In this document: piece by piece, positions 38,987-49,495 of the stretch | Position numbering within the stretch: the first letter of the stretch is position 1 | How the letters are laid out: each line of letters opens with the position of its first letter | Assembly (NCBI GenBank): GCA_902551755.1 | Contig: CACDEB010000001.1 | Coordinates: 121,803 to 185,802 of the forward strand | Source: an uncultured Pelagibacteraceae bacterium | Lineage (GTDB): Bacteria > Pseudomonadota > Alphaproteobacteria > Pelagibacterales > Pelagibacteraceae | Length of the DNA stretch: 64,000 bases | Direction: 5' to 3' | The notes under the pieces: generated by a model | Told to the model about the DNA's origin: nothing | Databases searched by the model: none | The model's input: the letters and a program-made list of their open reading frames with translations, nothing else | Position numbers and translations under genes: made by a program

Positions 38987-39463
38987 ATGGTCTTAGAAAA
39001 AAAATTTAAGATATTTTATTTGTTTATTATATTGCTGTGTGTGACTTCGATATTTTACGCATTTTTTGTAGAATTTTTTTTGGGATATAAACCATGTATT
39101 TTATGCAAGTATCAAAGAGTGCCTTATGCTCTTGGTTTGATAATTGGATTTTTTGGTTTTTTTAAACCTTCAAATACAAAAATATGCATCTATATATTTT
39201 TAACCTTTTTAATAAGCATGATATTATCTGGATACCATGTTGGTATTGAACAAGAATTATACCAGTCAATTTTTAATTGTTCAGACGATAATTTAAGTAT
39301 TTTGGAAGAGGGTAAATTGCTTCAAAGTTTAAGTGTTATAAATCCTGACTGTAGAAATGTAAATTTTGCTGTATTTGGAGTATCGCTTGCGACTATAAAT
39401 TTTGTATTATCATTTGTAATTTCCTCATTTTCTTATTATTTGTATTCTTATGCAAAAAACTAA
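38987..39463 (+). CDS. dsbB: Disulfide bond formation protein B family
   Basis: PCILCKYQRVPY, YHVGIE and a second Cys pair. Confidence 0.88.
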   Translation: MVLEKKFKIFYLFIILLCVTSIFYAFFVEFFLGYKPCILCKYQRVPYALGLIIGFFGFFKPSNTKICIYIFLTFLISMILSGYHVGIEQELYQSIFNCSDDNLSILEEGKLLQSLSVINPDCRNVNFAVFGVSLATINFVLSFVISSFSYYLYSYAKN

Positions 39464-39983
39464 TAAACAAAAATTAGAAGAATTCATTAGAGTTGATCAC
39501 GCTGGGGAAAGAGGAGCGATCAAAATTTACGAAGGTCAGCTATTAGCATTGAATACGATAATTAAAGACGAGACCTTAAAAAAAAAGATTGAAGACATGA
39601 AAAAACACGAAGATGAACACTGTTCATTTTTTGAAAATGAGATTAAAAAAAGGAATATAAGTCCAACTAAATTTTTACCTTTATGGGACCTTTTAGGATT
39701 GGGTCTTGGGTTTGGAAGTACAATATTAGGAAAAAAGGCTGCCATGCTTTGCACTGCGTCTGTAGAGGAAGTAATTGATGAACATTACCTAAACCAAATT
39801 AACCAGATAAAAGACGATGAAAAGAAATTAAGAGAAAAAATTAAAAAATTCAGACAGGATGAAATTGATCATAAAGATATCGCATACGAAGAAGGAGCAA
39901 CGAAAAAAGGTTTATACTCTGTTATGGACAAAGTAATAAAAACTGGATCAAGAATAGCGATCAATATTTCTGAAAAAATCTAA
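39450..39983 (+). CDS. coq7: Demethoxyubiquinone hydroxylase
   Basis: IRVDHAGERGA and EEVIDEHY...DEIDH di-iron motifs. Confidence 0.93.
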   Translation: MQKTNKQKLEEFIRVDHAGERGAIKIYEGQLLALNTIIKDETLKKKIEDMKKHEDEHCSFFENEIKKRNISPTKFLPLWDLLGLGLGFGSTILGKKAAMLCTASVEEVIDEHYLNQINQIKDDEKKLREKIKKFRQDEIDHKDIAYEEGATKKGLYSVMDKVIKTGSRIAINISEKI

Positions 39984-39984
39984 T

Positions 39985-40551
39985 TTAAGGTTCTAATTCA
40001 ACATCCCAATACAGATAATCCATCCAACTTTTATGAAGGAAATTCGGAGGAAAATTTTTTCCATTTCTGTGTAGATCTTCAGTTGATGGTTGATAAGGCA
40101 TTTTGTTCAAAGTCATACCTGATTTTGAAAGCAGTCTTCCACCTTTTTTAACATTGCAAGATGAACATGCAGTTACTACGTTATCCCAATTAGTTTTTCC
40201 ACCTTTTGATCTAGGTAATAAATGGTCAAAAGTTAATTCTTTGCTGCTTCCACAATACTGACAAGAAAATTTATCTCTTAGAAAAACATTAAATCTTGTA
40301 AAATTTGGATTTGACATTGGTTTAATATAACTTTTCAATGCAATCACACTTGGAAGTTTCATACTAAACGAAGGGCTTCTAATTACTCGATCGTAATAAC
40401 TAACAATAGAAACCCTATTTAAAAAAACTGATTTAATAGAATCCTGCCAGCTCCATAATGACAATGGATAATAACTTAATGGTCTATAGTCTGCATTTAA
40501 AACAAGTGCAGGACACTTTTCTAAAGACATATTATCACTATTTAACATCAT
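39985..40551 (-). CDS. HNH endonuclease (conserved alphaproteobacterial type)
   Basis: LVLNADYRPLS, CQYCG..LTFDHLLPRSKGG and ACSSCNVKKG. Confidence 0.92.
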   Translation of the reverse strand: MMLNSDNMSLEKCPALVLNADYRPLSYYPLSLWSWQDSIKSVFLNRVSIVSYYDRVIRSPSFSMKLPSVIALKSYIKPMSNPNFTRFNVFLRDKFSCQYCGSSKELTFDHLLPRSKGGKTNWDNVVTACSSCNVKKGGRLLSKSGMTLNKMPYQPSTEDLHRNGKNFPPNFLHKSWMDYLYWDVELEP

Positions 40552-40608
40552 AAATTTTTAATAAGTTAACCTAAAAAATATTTTAATTCAATGGGTCAAT
40601 TAATTAAA

Positions 40609-41268
40609 CTAAGAATTTATATTAAATATCTTTTTTAAAAAAGTCAGGCCCAAACTAGACGCTTCAACAGGTATGTTGTGACCACATCCCTTTAACATTT
40701 TCGTTGTTATATCAATTTTATTTCTCTCAAAAAAATCTTTCGCCTCTAATAAATTCACAGGTGGCACAATTTCATCTTGATCTCCGTGAATTAATAATGT
40801 AGAAGGTCTCGATAAAATTCTGTTACCTAATTCATTTCTGTTAATTATTTTTCCTGAAAATCCTATAATCCCTGCAAATTTTTCTTTCTCAGATAATCCA
40901 ATGTTAATTGACATCATACATCCTTGGCTAAAACCCGATAAACAAATATTTGAATTGTACAAATTATATTTAGTCTTAATTTCTTCTATGAATTTTTTTA
41001 ATATTTTCTCACTTTCTAAAGCTTTTTCGGTAATATATTTTTCATCTTCGGTGTTTAAATCAAACCATTCATAACCCATAGGATTAATAGAACATTTTTC
41101 AGGTCCATTTGGACAAATAAAAAGAGTGTTTGGTAGAAATCTCTTCCAGTTAATTGTGAGTGCAGCTATGTCATTTCCATCCCCACCATAACCATGTAAT
41201 AAAATTACTACATTATTGATCTTTTCGCCCACTGGCTTAATCATTTTAGCATCTAGACAAAATGTCAT
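40609..41268 (-). CDS. Phospholipase/carboxylesterase
   Basis: LLHGYGG, GFSQG, IHGDQDEIV and GHNI. Confidence 0.9.
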   Translation of the reverse strand: MTFCLDAKMIKPVGEKINNVVILLHGYGGDGNDIAALTINWKRFLPNTLFICPNGPEKCSINPMGYEWFDLNTEDEKYITEKALESEKILKKFIEEIKTKYNLYNSNICLSGFSQGCMMSINIGLSEKEKFAGIIGFSGKIINRNELGNRILSRPSTLLIHGDQDEIVPPVNLLEAKDFFERNKIDITTKMLKGCGHNIPVEASSLGLTFLKKIFNINS

Positions 41269-41319
41269 TTTATAAAAAATTTTAATTTTTTTTCTTTAAA
41301 TATGTAATACATATAATTT

Positions 41320-41523
41320 ATGATTTCAGAAATATTTGTCAAAGTAAGTGCAGTAATACTTTTGGTCTCTGTAGCGGTTGTATTAATATTAGGTATTGGT
41401 ACCCTGTTTAAAGGTGGGGACACTAGCAAGAAATACTCCAATAAACTTATGCAGCTTAGGGTTCTGTTGCAGTTTGTAGCCATAATAGTCCTGGTTTGTT
41501 TAGCATATTTTTTTAAAGATTAA
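41320..41523 (+). CDS. HIG1-like twin-TM small protein
   Basis: Two TM helices flanking KYSNKLMQLRVLLQ. Confidence 0.85.
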   Translation: MISEIFVKVSAVILLVSVAVVLILGIGTLFKGGDTSKKYSNKLMQLRVLLQFVAIIVLVCLAYFFKD

Positions 41524-42050
41524 TCATAATTTAAAAGCCAGTTAACGAATTTAGGATCTTCAAAATCTATCGAACCTATAACTTTTGCAAATTCATAACC
41601 ATCTTTATTGATCAAAATTGATGTTGGAATACCTCTTAAAGAAAATTTCTTGGCTAGTTTTACATCAGAGTCATAAAATATTTCAAAAGCATCAATATTT
41701 ACATCTGAAAAAAACTTTCTGATCGAATTTTTGTCCTCCTGACCAATATTAATTGGTAAAATTTTAAGATTTTTAAATTTTGAATTGTTTTGAAGATTTT
41801 GCAGAGATGGCATTTCTTCTTTGCATGGTTCGCACCAAGTAGCCCAAAAATTCAGAATTAGTAATTTGTTTTCATATTCAGATAATGAAACATTCTTATC
41901 TTTTTCATTTTTAAATGATATTTCGCTAATTTTTTTTTTATCCTTATAAATAACTAAATTTTTTAAACTATTTAATTCTTTTGAATCAACATTATTTGGG
42001 ATAAATAATACCACTAATAAGATAAAGAACTTTAAAGTTAATAATTTCAT
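41520..42050 (-). CDS. TlpA-family thiol:disulfide oxidoreductase
   Basis: NFWATWCEPCKEEMP and GIPT. Confidence 0.92.
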   Translation of the reverse strand: MKLLTLKFFILLVVLFIPNNVDSKELNSLKNLVIYKDKKKISEISFKNEKDKNVSLSEYENKLLILNFWATWCEPCKEEMPSLQNLQNNSKFKNLKILPINIGQEDKNSIRKFFSDVNIDAFEIFYDSDVKLAKKFSLRGIPTSILINKDGYEFAKVIGSIDFEDPKFVNWLLNYD

Positions 42051-42073
42051 ATAAAGTAGTATAGTTACATATC

Positions 42074-43468
42074 ATGAGTCAAAATAAAAACAATAATACA
42101 GTTTGGAACACTAGAATTAAAAAAAAGACTTCAAACATTTTTAAAAAAGTTGGATCATCTATTGAGGTAGATAAAAGGTTGTACAAAGAAGATATATTAG
42201 CATCCGTTTCACATGCTGAAATGTTATACAAACAAAAGATTATAACTATCAAGATTAAGGATAAAATTTTATGGGGATTGAAAAGAATCCAAAATGAAAT
42301 TGAGAAAAAAAACTTCAAATTTAACGAAAATTTAGAAGACATTCATATGAACATAGAGAATAGACTTTTTGAACTTATTGGTAATGATGCTGGTTATTTA
42401 CATTCGGCACGATCTAGAAACGACCAAGTAGTTACAGATTTAAAACTATGGTTAAAAAAATCCACAATAGAAATTGATAGTTTATTATTAAAGCTAATAA
42501 AATCTTTGATCAAAATTTCAGAGAAAAATATATTTTCTATAATGCCAGGTTTTACTCATCTTAAAAATGCTCAACCAATTTCTTTAGCACATTATTTTTT
42601 ATCAAACGTTGAAATGTTCAAAAGAGATAGATTTAGATTTTCTTCTAATATGAAAAGTTTGAACCAAAATCCTTTGGGAGCTGGTGCTTTTTCTGGAACA
42701 TCTTTTAATATTGATAGATGGTATACCACTAAGAAACTAAAATTTGAGGAACCAACAAATAACTCTTTAGATACAGTTTCTGACAGAGATTTTGTTTTAG
42801 ATTTTTTGTACAGTTCATCTATATGCTCAATGCATATATCAAGAATTGCAGAAGAGTTAATAATTTGGAATTCAGACCAATTTAAATTCATTAGCTTAAA
42901 AGATAATATTGTAACAGGCTCATCGATAATGCCTCAAAAGAAGAATCCTGATACTTTGGAGTTTTTAAGAGGAAAAACTGGATCGATTTTTGGAAATCTT
43001 TTTTCAATGTTAACAATTGTTAAAGGTTTACCAATATCTTATTTTAAAGACTTACAAGATGATAAAGATCTGGTTTTCAGATCTTTTGATAATTTGAAAA
43101 ATTGTTTAATAATTTTTGATGAAGTAATAAATGGAATAATTGTTAACAAGAAAGTGATGTTAGATGCTGCTAAAATAGGATTCACAACAGCAACCGATTT
43201 TGCTGATACATTGGTTAAAAACATGAATTTTTCTTTTAGGGAGGCATATTTGTTAACGGCAAAAGTTGTGAATTTTGCTGAAAAGAAAAATTTGGCTTTA
43301 AATGAAATCGGACATGATGATTTAAAGAAGATTGTTCCAAAAATAAGTCCCGATGTAATGAAAAATCTAGATTTAAGAAACTCTGTAAATTCAAAAAAAT
43401 CATATGGTGGAACTTCTTTTGAAAACATAAAGAAAATGATAAGAAAACATAAAAAAGAAATAAAATGA
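42074..43468 (+). CDS. argH: Argininosuccinate lyase
   Basis: EDIHMNIE, HSARSRNDQV and GSSIMPQKKNPD. Confidence 0.98.
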   Translation: MSQNKNNNTVWNTRIKKKTSNIFKKVGSSIEVDKRLYKEDILASVSHAEMLYKQKIITIKIKDKILWGLKRIQNEIEKKNFKFNENLEDIHMNIENRLFELIGNDAGYLHSARSRNDQVVTDLKLWLKKSTIEIDSLLLKLIKSLIKISEKNIFSIMPGFTHLKNAQPISLAHYFLSNVEMFKRDRFRFSSNMKSLNQNPLGAGAFSGTSFNIDRWYTTKKLKFEEPTNNSLDTVSDRDFVLDFLYSSSICSMHISRIAEELIIWNSDQFKFISLKDNIVTGSSIMPQKKNPDTLEFLRGKTGSIFGNLFSMLTIVKGLPISYFKDLQDDKDLVFRSFDNLKNCLIIFDEVINGIIVNKKVMLDAAKIGFTTATDFADTLVKNMNFSFREAYLLTAKVVNFAEKKNLALNEIGHDDLKKIVPKISPDVMKNLDLRNSVNSKKSYGGTSFENIKKMIRKHKKEIK

Positions 43469-43581
43469 AAAAAATTTTTATTATTGTTGTTTTAAGTTTT
43501 TTATTAATTTCCTGTGGAAAAAAAGCAGATCCTGAATACAAAGGTTCAATTGGAACAAATAGTTTAATTCAAACATCGTAA
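43465..43581 (+). CDS. Small lipoprotein (YifL/LptM-like) between argH and lysA
   Basis: 38 aa MKKIFIIVVLSFLLIS-CGKKADP...; lipobox LISC; this position upstream of lysA is typical for the family. Confidence 0.75.
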   Translation: MKKIFIIVVLSFLLISCGKKADPEYKGSIGTNSLIQTS

Positions 43582-44795
43582 TGAATTATAAAAATAGTAA
43601 ATTTTATGTTGAGAATATTTCTATAGGGAAATTAACTCGATCATTTCAAACTCCTTTTTATTGTTATTCAAAATTAAGGCTGAATCAAAATATAAAAAAC
43701 TTTTATAAAAACTTTGAAAAAACAAAACCATTAATATGCTTTTCTGTTAAATCTAATTCAAATTCAAAATTATTAAAGATAATAAAAGACAACGGATTGG
43801 GTGCTGATGTTGTCTCAATAGGTGAGCTCCAAAAAGTTTTAAAAGTAGGTTTTAAACCAAATAAAATTGTGTTTTCAGGAGTTGGAAAAACTTCAAGTGA
43901 ACTAAATTTTGCGATTAAAAAGAAAATTTTATTGATTAACATTGAGTCTGAGAGTGAACTAAAAAATATTATCAATTTATCTAAAAATAAAAAAACTGTC
44001 GTCAATGTAGGTATAAGATTAAACCCAAATGTTAATGCCCAAACTATAGGAAAAATTTCAACTGGCAGAATGCAAGATAAATTTGGATTAACTTTTAAAG
44101 ATGCAATCAAAATTATCGATAAATACAAAAATTCGAATTCAATTAGATTTAAATGCCTAAGTGTTCACATTGGTAGCCAAATTTTAAGTAATGCGCCATA
44201 TCAAAAAATGATACGCGTTGTAAATAATTTTCTAGAAAAAGTTTCAGTAAATTTTGAATATGTAGATTTTGGTGGCGGGATGGGTATTGACTATAGTTCA
44301 AACAAAAAAACTTTTGATTTTAAAAAGCTTGCTTTGGAAATTCATAAATTTTCAGAAAGGAATGAATGTAAAATTATTCTTGAACCAGGAAGATCTATAA
44401 TAGGGGATACTGCTGTACTCATTTCTAAGGTTATCTATATAAAAGAAAGTCCAACCAAAGATTTTATTATTTTAGATGCTGGCATGAACGATCTAATTAG
44501 GCCAGCTTTATACAATGCAAAACACATGATTATTCCTGCAATTAAATCGAGTAAAAAAAGTAAAAAAGAATATGATTTTGTTGGTCCAATTTGTGAAACT
44601 TCAGATAGGTTTTTGAAAATGAAAAAATTTCAAAGGTTAAATGAGGGGGAGATTGTTATTCTAAAAGACGTAGGAGCATATGGTTATGTATTGTCATCAA
44701 ATTACAATGTACGACCAATGCCAAAAGAAGTTTTGGTTGATAAATCAAAAACTCAAATCATTAGTAAAAGGCAGTCCATTAAAGATCTTATTTAA
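43581..44795 (+). CDS. lysA: Diaminopimelate decarboxylase
   Basis: FSVKSN, HIGSQI, EPGRS, GPICETSD and GAYG...SNYNVRP. Confidence 0.97.
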   Translation: MNYKNSKFYVENISIGKLTRSFQTPFYCYSKLRLNQNIKNFYKNFEKTKPLICFSVKSNSNSKLLKIIKDNGLGADVVSIGELQKVLKVGFKPNKIVFSGVGKTSSELNFAIKKKILLINIESESELKNIINLSKNKKTVVNVGIRLNPNVNAQTIGKISTGRMQDKFGLTFKDAIKIIDKYKNSNSIRFKCLSVHIGSQILSNAPYQKMIRVVNNFLEKVSVNFEYVDFGGGMGIDYSSNKKTFDFKKLALEIHKFSERNECKIILEPGRSIIGDTAVLISKVIYIKESPTKDFIILDAGMNDLIRPALYNAKHMIIPAIKSSKKSKKEYDFVGPICETSDRFLKMKKFQRLNEGEIVILKDVGAYGYVLSSNYNVRPMPKEVLVDKSKTQIISKRQSIKDLI

Positions 44796-45497
44796 ATGAT
44801 AAGAAATATAATATTTTTCCTTTTTTTTTATCTAGGGATTATTTCAATTTCAATTTTATTTATTCCAACACTTTTATTTCCAAAAAAAGGGGTTCAGTTT
44901 GGAGGTCGTTTAATGGGTATTTGGACTGGCATTTGTCTTAAACTTTTTTTAAGTGTTAATATCACAATCAAAGGTTTAGAAAACATTCCTAGAGAAAAAA
45001 AATACTTTGTTGTTTGCTCTCATCAATCTATGTTTGAAACATTCTACTTACAAACAATTTTTAAATCATCGGTTTTTATTCTTAAAAAAGAACTGATGAA
45101 AATTCCTTTGTTTGGTTCTTATCTTAAAAAAATGGGATGCGTATCTATTGATAGGGATAAAATCTCAAAAGAAAATTTAGGTTTCACAGGATTAGTTGAA
45201 AAAGTTTTAAATGACAAAAAAAACACACTTATAATTTTTCCTCAAGGTACAAGGAAAGATTATAAAGACAGGTCAAAGTTTAAAAAGGGATTTGCAAGAA
45301 TTTACAATGACTTTCAAATAAATTGCCTTCCAATTGCAATTAATTCAGGAAAAACATGGCCAAAGTCCTCTTTATTACAGAGTAAACAAAATATAACAGT
45401 CTCTATATTAAAATCCCTTGAGCCCGGTAAAGACGTTGAAAAGTTTTCTATGGAAGTTGAAAATTTAATTTATAAAGAATTAGATTTAATAAATTAA
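44796..45497 (+). CDS. plsC: 1-acyl-sn-glycerol-3-phosphate acyltransferase
   Basis: SHQSMFET and IIFPQGTR motifs. Confidence 0.9.
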   Translation: MIRNIIFFLFFYLGIISISILFIPTLLFPKKGVQFGGRLMGIWTGICLKLFLSVNITIKGLENIPREKKYFVVCSHQSMFETFYLQTIFKSSVFILKKELMKIPLFGSYLKKMGCVSIDRDKISKENLGFTGLVEKVLNDKKNTLIIFPQGTRKDYKDRSKFKKGFARIYNDFQINCLPIAINSGKTWPKSSLLQSKQNITVSILKSLEPGKDVEKFSMEVENLIYKELDLIN

Positions 45498-45499
45498 AT

Positions 45500-46612
45500 T
45501 TAACCTTTCATCGGCATTATCACAAAAATACTGTCAAAATCGCTTGGATCTTTTATTAATGCTGGCGACGCAGTATCGTTAAAAAAAATTTCAATTTTTT
45601 CACCTTCTAACTCACTAGCAACATCTATCAAATATTTAGAATTGAAAGTTATATCTAAGTCATGTTCAAATTTTACAGAAACACTTTCATTTCCATCACC
45701 ACTATGAGTATTATTTACTGATAAATCTAGTTTATCTTTTGATAATTTAATCTTTACTCCATCCTTTTTGTCTGTAGAAACAGACGCAACTCTGTCTACA
45801 CTGCTTTTAAATAATTCTAGATCTGCTTCCATTTTTTTTTTATTATTTTTTGGAACAACTTGAGCATAATTAGGAAATTTCCCATCTATAACTTTTGAAA
45901 TTAAAACACTGTTATCCATCGAAATTTTAATTTTTGTTTTTGAATTTGAAACTTTGATTTTTCCTTGGTTATTTTCTAATATTGAGCAAAGTTGAAAAAT
46001 TGTTTTTTTTGGTAATATTATTGGTTCAAAGTTTATAGGTTTCTCAAGTCTCATTTTCGATATAGACATTCTGTGAGAATCTGTTGAAACAGCAGTCAAA
46101 AAGTTTTTATCATCTCCACTAGTAAAATGTAAAAAAATACCACTTAAATAATGTCGAGTTTCATCATTTGAAATTGAAAACTTACATTTATTTAATAGCT
46201 TTAAAAAACTTTGTGAGTCTAAACTAATTTCTTCAGCCTCAAAACCTTCTTCCATTAATGGAAATTCCTGAGGGTCAATGCAATTTAACTTAAATTTAGA
46301 TTTTTCAGACTCTAGTTGCATCTTATTTTCTGATAGACTCTCTAAGTTAATTTTTTTTCCTGAACTGAATTTTCTGACAATATCGTACATTATAAGAGAA
46401 TTTGTGGTTGTTTTGCCTTCCTTTTCAATTTCAACACTTTGAATTCGATGAACAAAAATCATATCTAGATCTGTTGCGGTTATAATTAGTTCATTTCCAC
46501 TCGCCTCTAAAAGGACATTAGATAAAATTGGTAGTGTACTTCTTCTTTCAATTACATTCTGACAAAAACTTAATGACTCTTGGAGGTCTTTTTGATTTAC
46601 ACTAAACTTCAT
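45500..46612 (-). CDS. dnaN: DNA polymerase III beta clamp
   Basis: STLPILSNVL, ATDLD, STDSHR and VIMPMK. Confidence 0.98.
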   Translation of the reverse strand: MKFSVNQKDLQESLSFCQNVIERRSTLPILSNVLLEASGNELIITATDLDMIFVHRIQSVEIEKEGKTTTNSLIMYDIVRKFSSGKKINLESLSENKMQLESEKSKFKLNCIDPQEFPLMEEGFEAEEISLDSQSFLKLLNKCKFSISNDETRHYLSGIFLHFTSGDDKNFLTAVSTDSHRMSISKMRLEKPINFEPIILPKKTIFQLCSILENNQGKIKVSNSKTKIKISMDNSVLISKVIDGKFPNYAQVVPKNNKKKMEADLELFKSSVDRVASVSTDKKDGVKIKLSKDKLDLSVNNTHSGDGNESVSVKFEHDLDITFNSKYLIDVASELEGEKIEIFFNDTASPALIKDPSDFDSIFVIMPMKG

Positions 46613-48005
46613 TTTCTGATTTATACATTATCTGGTTTTTAAGATAATTTATTCCATTATTTATTTCGCTATTTTCTACCTTTAATTTTTCTATAGTTTT
46701 TACAGAGTGAATTATTGTTGTGTGATCTCTATTTGAAAATTCTCTACCTATTTCTGGTAAAGATTTTGAGGTAAGTATTTTTGACAGGTAAATTGCTACC
46801 TGTCTAGGTCTTACCAAATATCTTGATCTTCTTGAAGAAAGCATTTCATTTTTACTAATTTTGAAATATTTGCAAACTAACGTTTGGATATTATCTATAG
46901 AGACTTTGGCTTCGTTTATGTTTAGGAGGTCTTTAAGTATTATTTTAGTTTCTGAAATATTTGGAACTCTTTCATATATCCTTGCAAATGATGCGATTCT
47001 ATTTAAGGCACCAACCAACTCCCTGATACTACTTCTAATTTCATAACTAATAAATTTAAGTATTTCTTCCGATATATTAATCTTTTCATTATAGTATAAA
47101 TTAAGTTCATTAGTTTTTTCTTTCAGGATTTTATATCTCAATTCATATTCAGGATTTTGAATATCAACCACCAATCCTCCTGAAAACCTAGATTTAATTC
47201 TCTCTTGTATTCTTTTTAACTTATTTGGAGGTCTATCGGCTGAAACAACTATTTGTGACCCTTTTTCGAGTAATGCATTAAACGTATGAAAAAACTCTTC
47301 CTGCATAGCCTCTTTTCCATCCATAAATTGAATATCATCTATAATTAAAACGTTAGTATTTCTAAAATTATCTTTAAATCTAACCATTTCATTACTTTTT
47401 ATAGATTTAACGAATTGGTACATAAATCTTTCTGCTGAGATAAATGTGACCTTATTTTCAGATTTAAGTTTTAAACCAATAGCATTTAACAAATGAGTTT
47501 TTCCCATCCCTACACCACCATACAAATACAAAGGATTATAATGTGATATATTTTCTGAGACTTTTTTTGATGCTTCGAAAGCTAGCTTGTTACTCTCTCC
47601 AATGATGAAGTTATCAAATGATTTATTTTGATCGATCCTATTGTACTGTAGAAAGCTGTCTTTAATGAAAGAGATATTATCATCTTTTTTAATGATATTA
47701 TTAACTGCTTTATCTTTTTCATGCTCCTTATCCTCAATTCTAAATTCTATTCTAGAAATTTCTTTAATTTGTTTTTTAACAATTTTTAAAATTTCATCTA
47801 AATATCTTGATACAATCCAATCTCTAAGAAATCTTGTTGAAACTGAAACAACTAGATAATTGCTGTGTTGTTCTTCGAAATATATTTTTTTCAGCCAGCT
47901 CTCATAAATTTCTGAACCAAATTTTGATTTCATTTCTTTTTGAATTTCTGTCCATATTAGGTTTGCATCTTTTTTTTGATTAAAATCTTTATTTAAATTT
48001 TTCAT
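46602..48005 (-). CDS. dnaA: Chromosomal replication initiator DnaA
   Basis: YNPLYLYGGVGMGKTHLL, LIIDDIQF and RDHTTIIHS. Confidence 0.99.
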   Translation of the reverse strand: MKNLNKDFNQKKDANLIWTEIQKEMKSKFGSEIYESWLKKIYFEEQHSNYLVVSVSTRFLRDWIVSRYLDEILKIVKKQIKEISRIEFRIEDKEHEKDKAVNNIIKKDDNISFIKDSFLQYNRIDQNKSFDNFIIGESNKLAFEASKKVSENISHYNPLYLYGGVGMGKTHLLNAIGLKLKSENKVTFISAERFMYQFVKSIKSNEMVRFKDNFRNTNVLIIDDIQFMDGKEAMQEEFFHTFNALLEKGSQIVVSADRPPNKLKRIQERIKSRFSGGLVVDIQNPEYELRYKILKEKTNELNLYYNEKINISEEILKFISYEIRSSIRELVGALNRIASFARIYERVPNISETKIILKDLLNINEAKVSIDNIQTLVCKYFKISKNEMLSSRRSRYLVRPRQVAIYLSKILTSKSLPEIGREFSNRDHTTIIHSVKTIEKLKVENSEINNGINYLKNQIMYKSENEV

Positions 48006-48295
48006 GTGAAGTTATTTCTAGCTAATCTTTAAAAAATTTTTATTCAATAAAATATTTCTTTGATCAAAAGAAATTTAAAATCCTTAATTGAATGAAATTT
48101 GAAATTGTATTAATTTTAAATTGAAAAGTGATTAGCTTAAAAATTGAATTCAATTTAAAATACTAAAGTAAATAAAAATTTACTTTCTTTGTTTTGAAAA
48201 ATTCCAACATGTTGTGTTCAGTCTTTAAAACTTAATTATATTTTGTGGCAAGAGTTTTTTCTGTGTGCGTTAAAATAATTTTAACCGCAGGTTGT

Positions 48296-48556
48296 TTAAA
48301 GGGAGTTTATTTTTCTCGTAATCTTAGAAACGTTTCGAGTTGCGTTTCCTTTTTTTATTACGCCGGTCTTAGCAATTTTCATTAATTCCGAGTTCAATTT
48401 GGGTAAGTAGGAAAGAGCTTCTTTCTTCTTCTTGCTATCAATCAATTTTTTCATTTTTTTTAGAGCTATTTTATAACGGCTCTTACGGGTCTTATTAACC
48501 TCTGTTTGCCTCTTAATTCTTCTAATTCTTTTGATTGCTGATTTTGTATTTGCCAT
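48296..48556 (-). CDS. rpsT: 30S ribosomal protein S20
   Basis: MANTKSAIKRIR. Confidence 0.98.
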   Translation of the reverse strand: MANTKSAIKRIRRIKRQTEVNKTRKSRYKIALKKMKKLIDSKKKKEALSYLPKLNSELMKIAKTGVIKKGNATRNVSKITRKINSL

Positions 48557-48565
48557 TTTGGCGAT

Positions 48566-48594
48566 GGTATATCCTCTCTAAGTTGGACGGTCAA
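48566..48594 (-). promoter_or_regulatory. Sigma70-like promoter for rpsT
   Basis: TTGACC - 17 bp - TATACC, ending 9 nt before the ATG. Confidence 0.6.
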
Positions 48595-48603
48595 TAGGTA
48601 ATT

Positions 48604-49461
48604 TTACTTTTGACAAACTGAGCATATAAAAGTGGATCTGTTTGAAATTATTTTTCTACTAATTTGTCCAGAGCAATTATTTCGACTACATCTCTTTTTT
48701 GTACGATCGTATACTTTAAACTCAGACTGGAAATTACCACTTTTGCCTGTGATCCCTTTAAAATCCCTTATTGAAGAACCTCCAAAATCTATAGCTTTTT
48801 TTAGGATTATTTTCGAATACTTAACTATTCTTTTGTTTTCTTCTAAATTAATTAGATAAGATTTTTTAAACGGATTAATCTTTGCCTGAAATAATATTTC
48901 ATTCACGTAAATATTACCTAGTCCAGAGACTAATTTTTGATCTAATAATAAGTTCTTAATATTTTTCGTTCTATTCTTTAAAATTTTACTAAGGTAAGTT
49001 TTGTTAAATTCTTTACTTATCGCCTCAGGGCCTATTCTAGTAAAAAACTTTAAATAATCACTCTTATTTTTTAGAATCTTAAAAAATCCAAATCTTCTAG
49101 GATCATTGTAAATTAGTTTAAAATTTTTAAATCTAAAAATTATATGATTATGTTTTTTTGGTAGACTTTTAGATCCATAAAAACTTAAATTAGTGGTTTT
49201 TTTTTTTAAACCCATAAAATGAAGTGTGCCTGACATGCCTAAATGGATCACACAGTAGAGATTATTATTAAATACCAAAATAAGATATTTTGATTTTCTT
49301 TGAATCTTTTCTATGACTGCATTTTTGAATATTTGTTCAAAATCTTTTGGTACTTTAAGTCTCAGGTTTCGGTTATTGACTTGAATATTTATTATTTTTC
49401 GGTTCTTTACTTGTCTATTTAGGGACTGTCTTACTATTTCTACTTCTGGTAATTCTGGCAT
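48604..49461 (-). CDS. mutM: Formamidopyrimidine-DNA glycosylase
   Basis: MPELPEVE, HLGMSG, GLGNIY and a C-terminal zinc finger. Confidence 0.98.
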   Translation of the reverse strand: MPELPEVEIVRQSLNRQVKNRKIINIQVNNRNLRLKVPKDFEQIFKNAVIEKIQRKSKYLILVFNNNLYCVIHLGMSGTLHFMGLKKKTTNLSFYGSKSLPKKHNHIIFRFKNFKLIYNDPRRFGFFKILKNKSDYLKFFTRIGPEAISKEFNKTYLSKILKNRTKNIKNLLLDQKLVSGLGNIYVNEILFQAKINPFKKSYLINLEENKRIVKYSKIILKKAIDFGGSSIRDFKGITGKSGNFQSEFKVYDRTKKRCSRNNCSGQISRKIISNRSTFICSVCQK

Positions 49462-49495
49462 TAAATATTATATTACACTTTTATAACATTTAAAT

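Noticed and set aside
39985-40551. HNH endonuclease as a homing or defence element
   Set aside because: It looks like the conserved stand-alone alphaproteobacterial HNH beside the carboxylesterase; no intron, intein, methylase or flanking repeats.
48266-48289. Intrinsic terminator after rpsT
   Set aside because: A bulged hairpin is present but has no U-tract in the rpsT direction; too weak to call.
48006-48295. oriC upstream of dnaA
   Set aside because: The 290-bp region is AT-rich, but no convincing TTATCCACA-type DnaA boxes were found; skew analysis on the whole genome would be needed.
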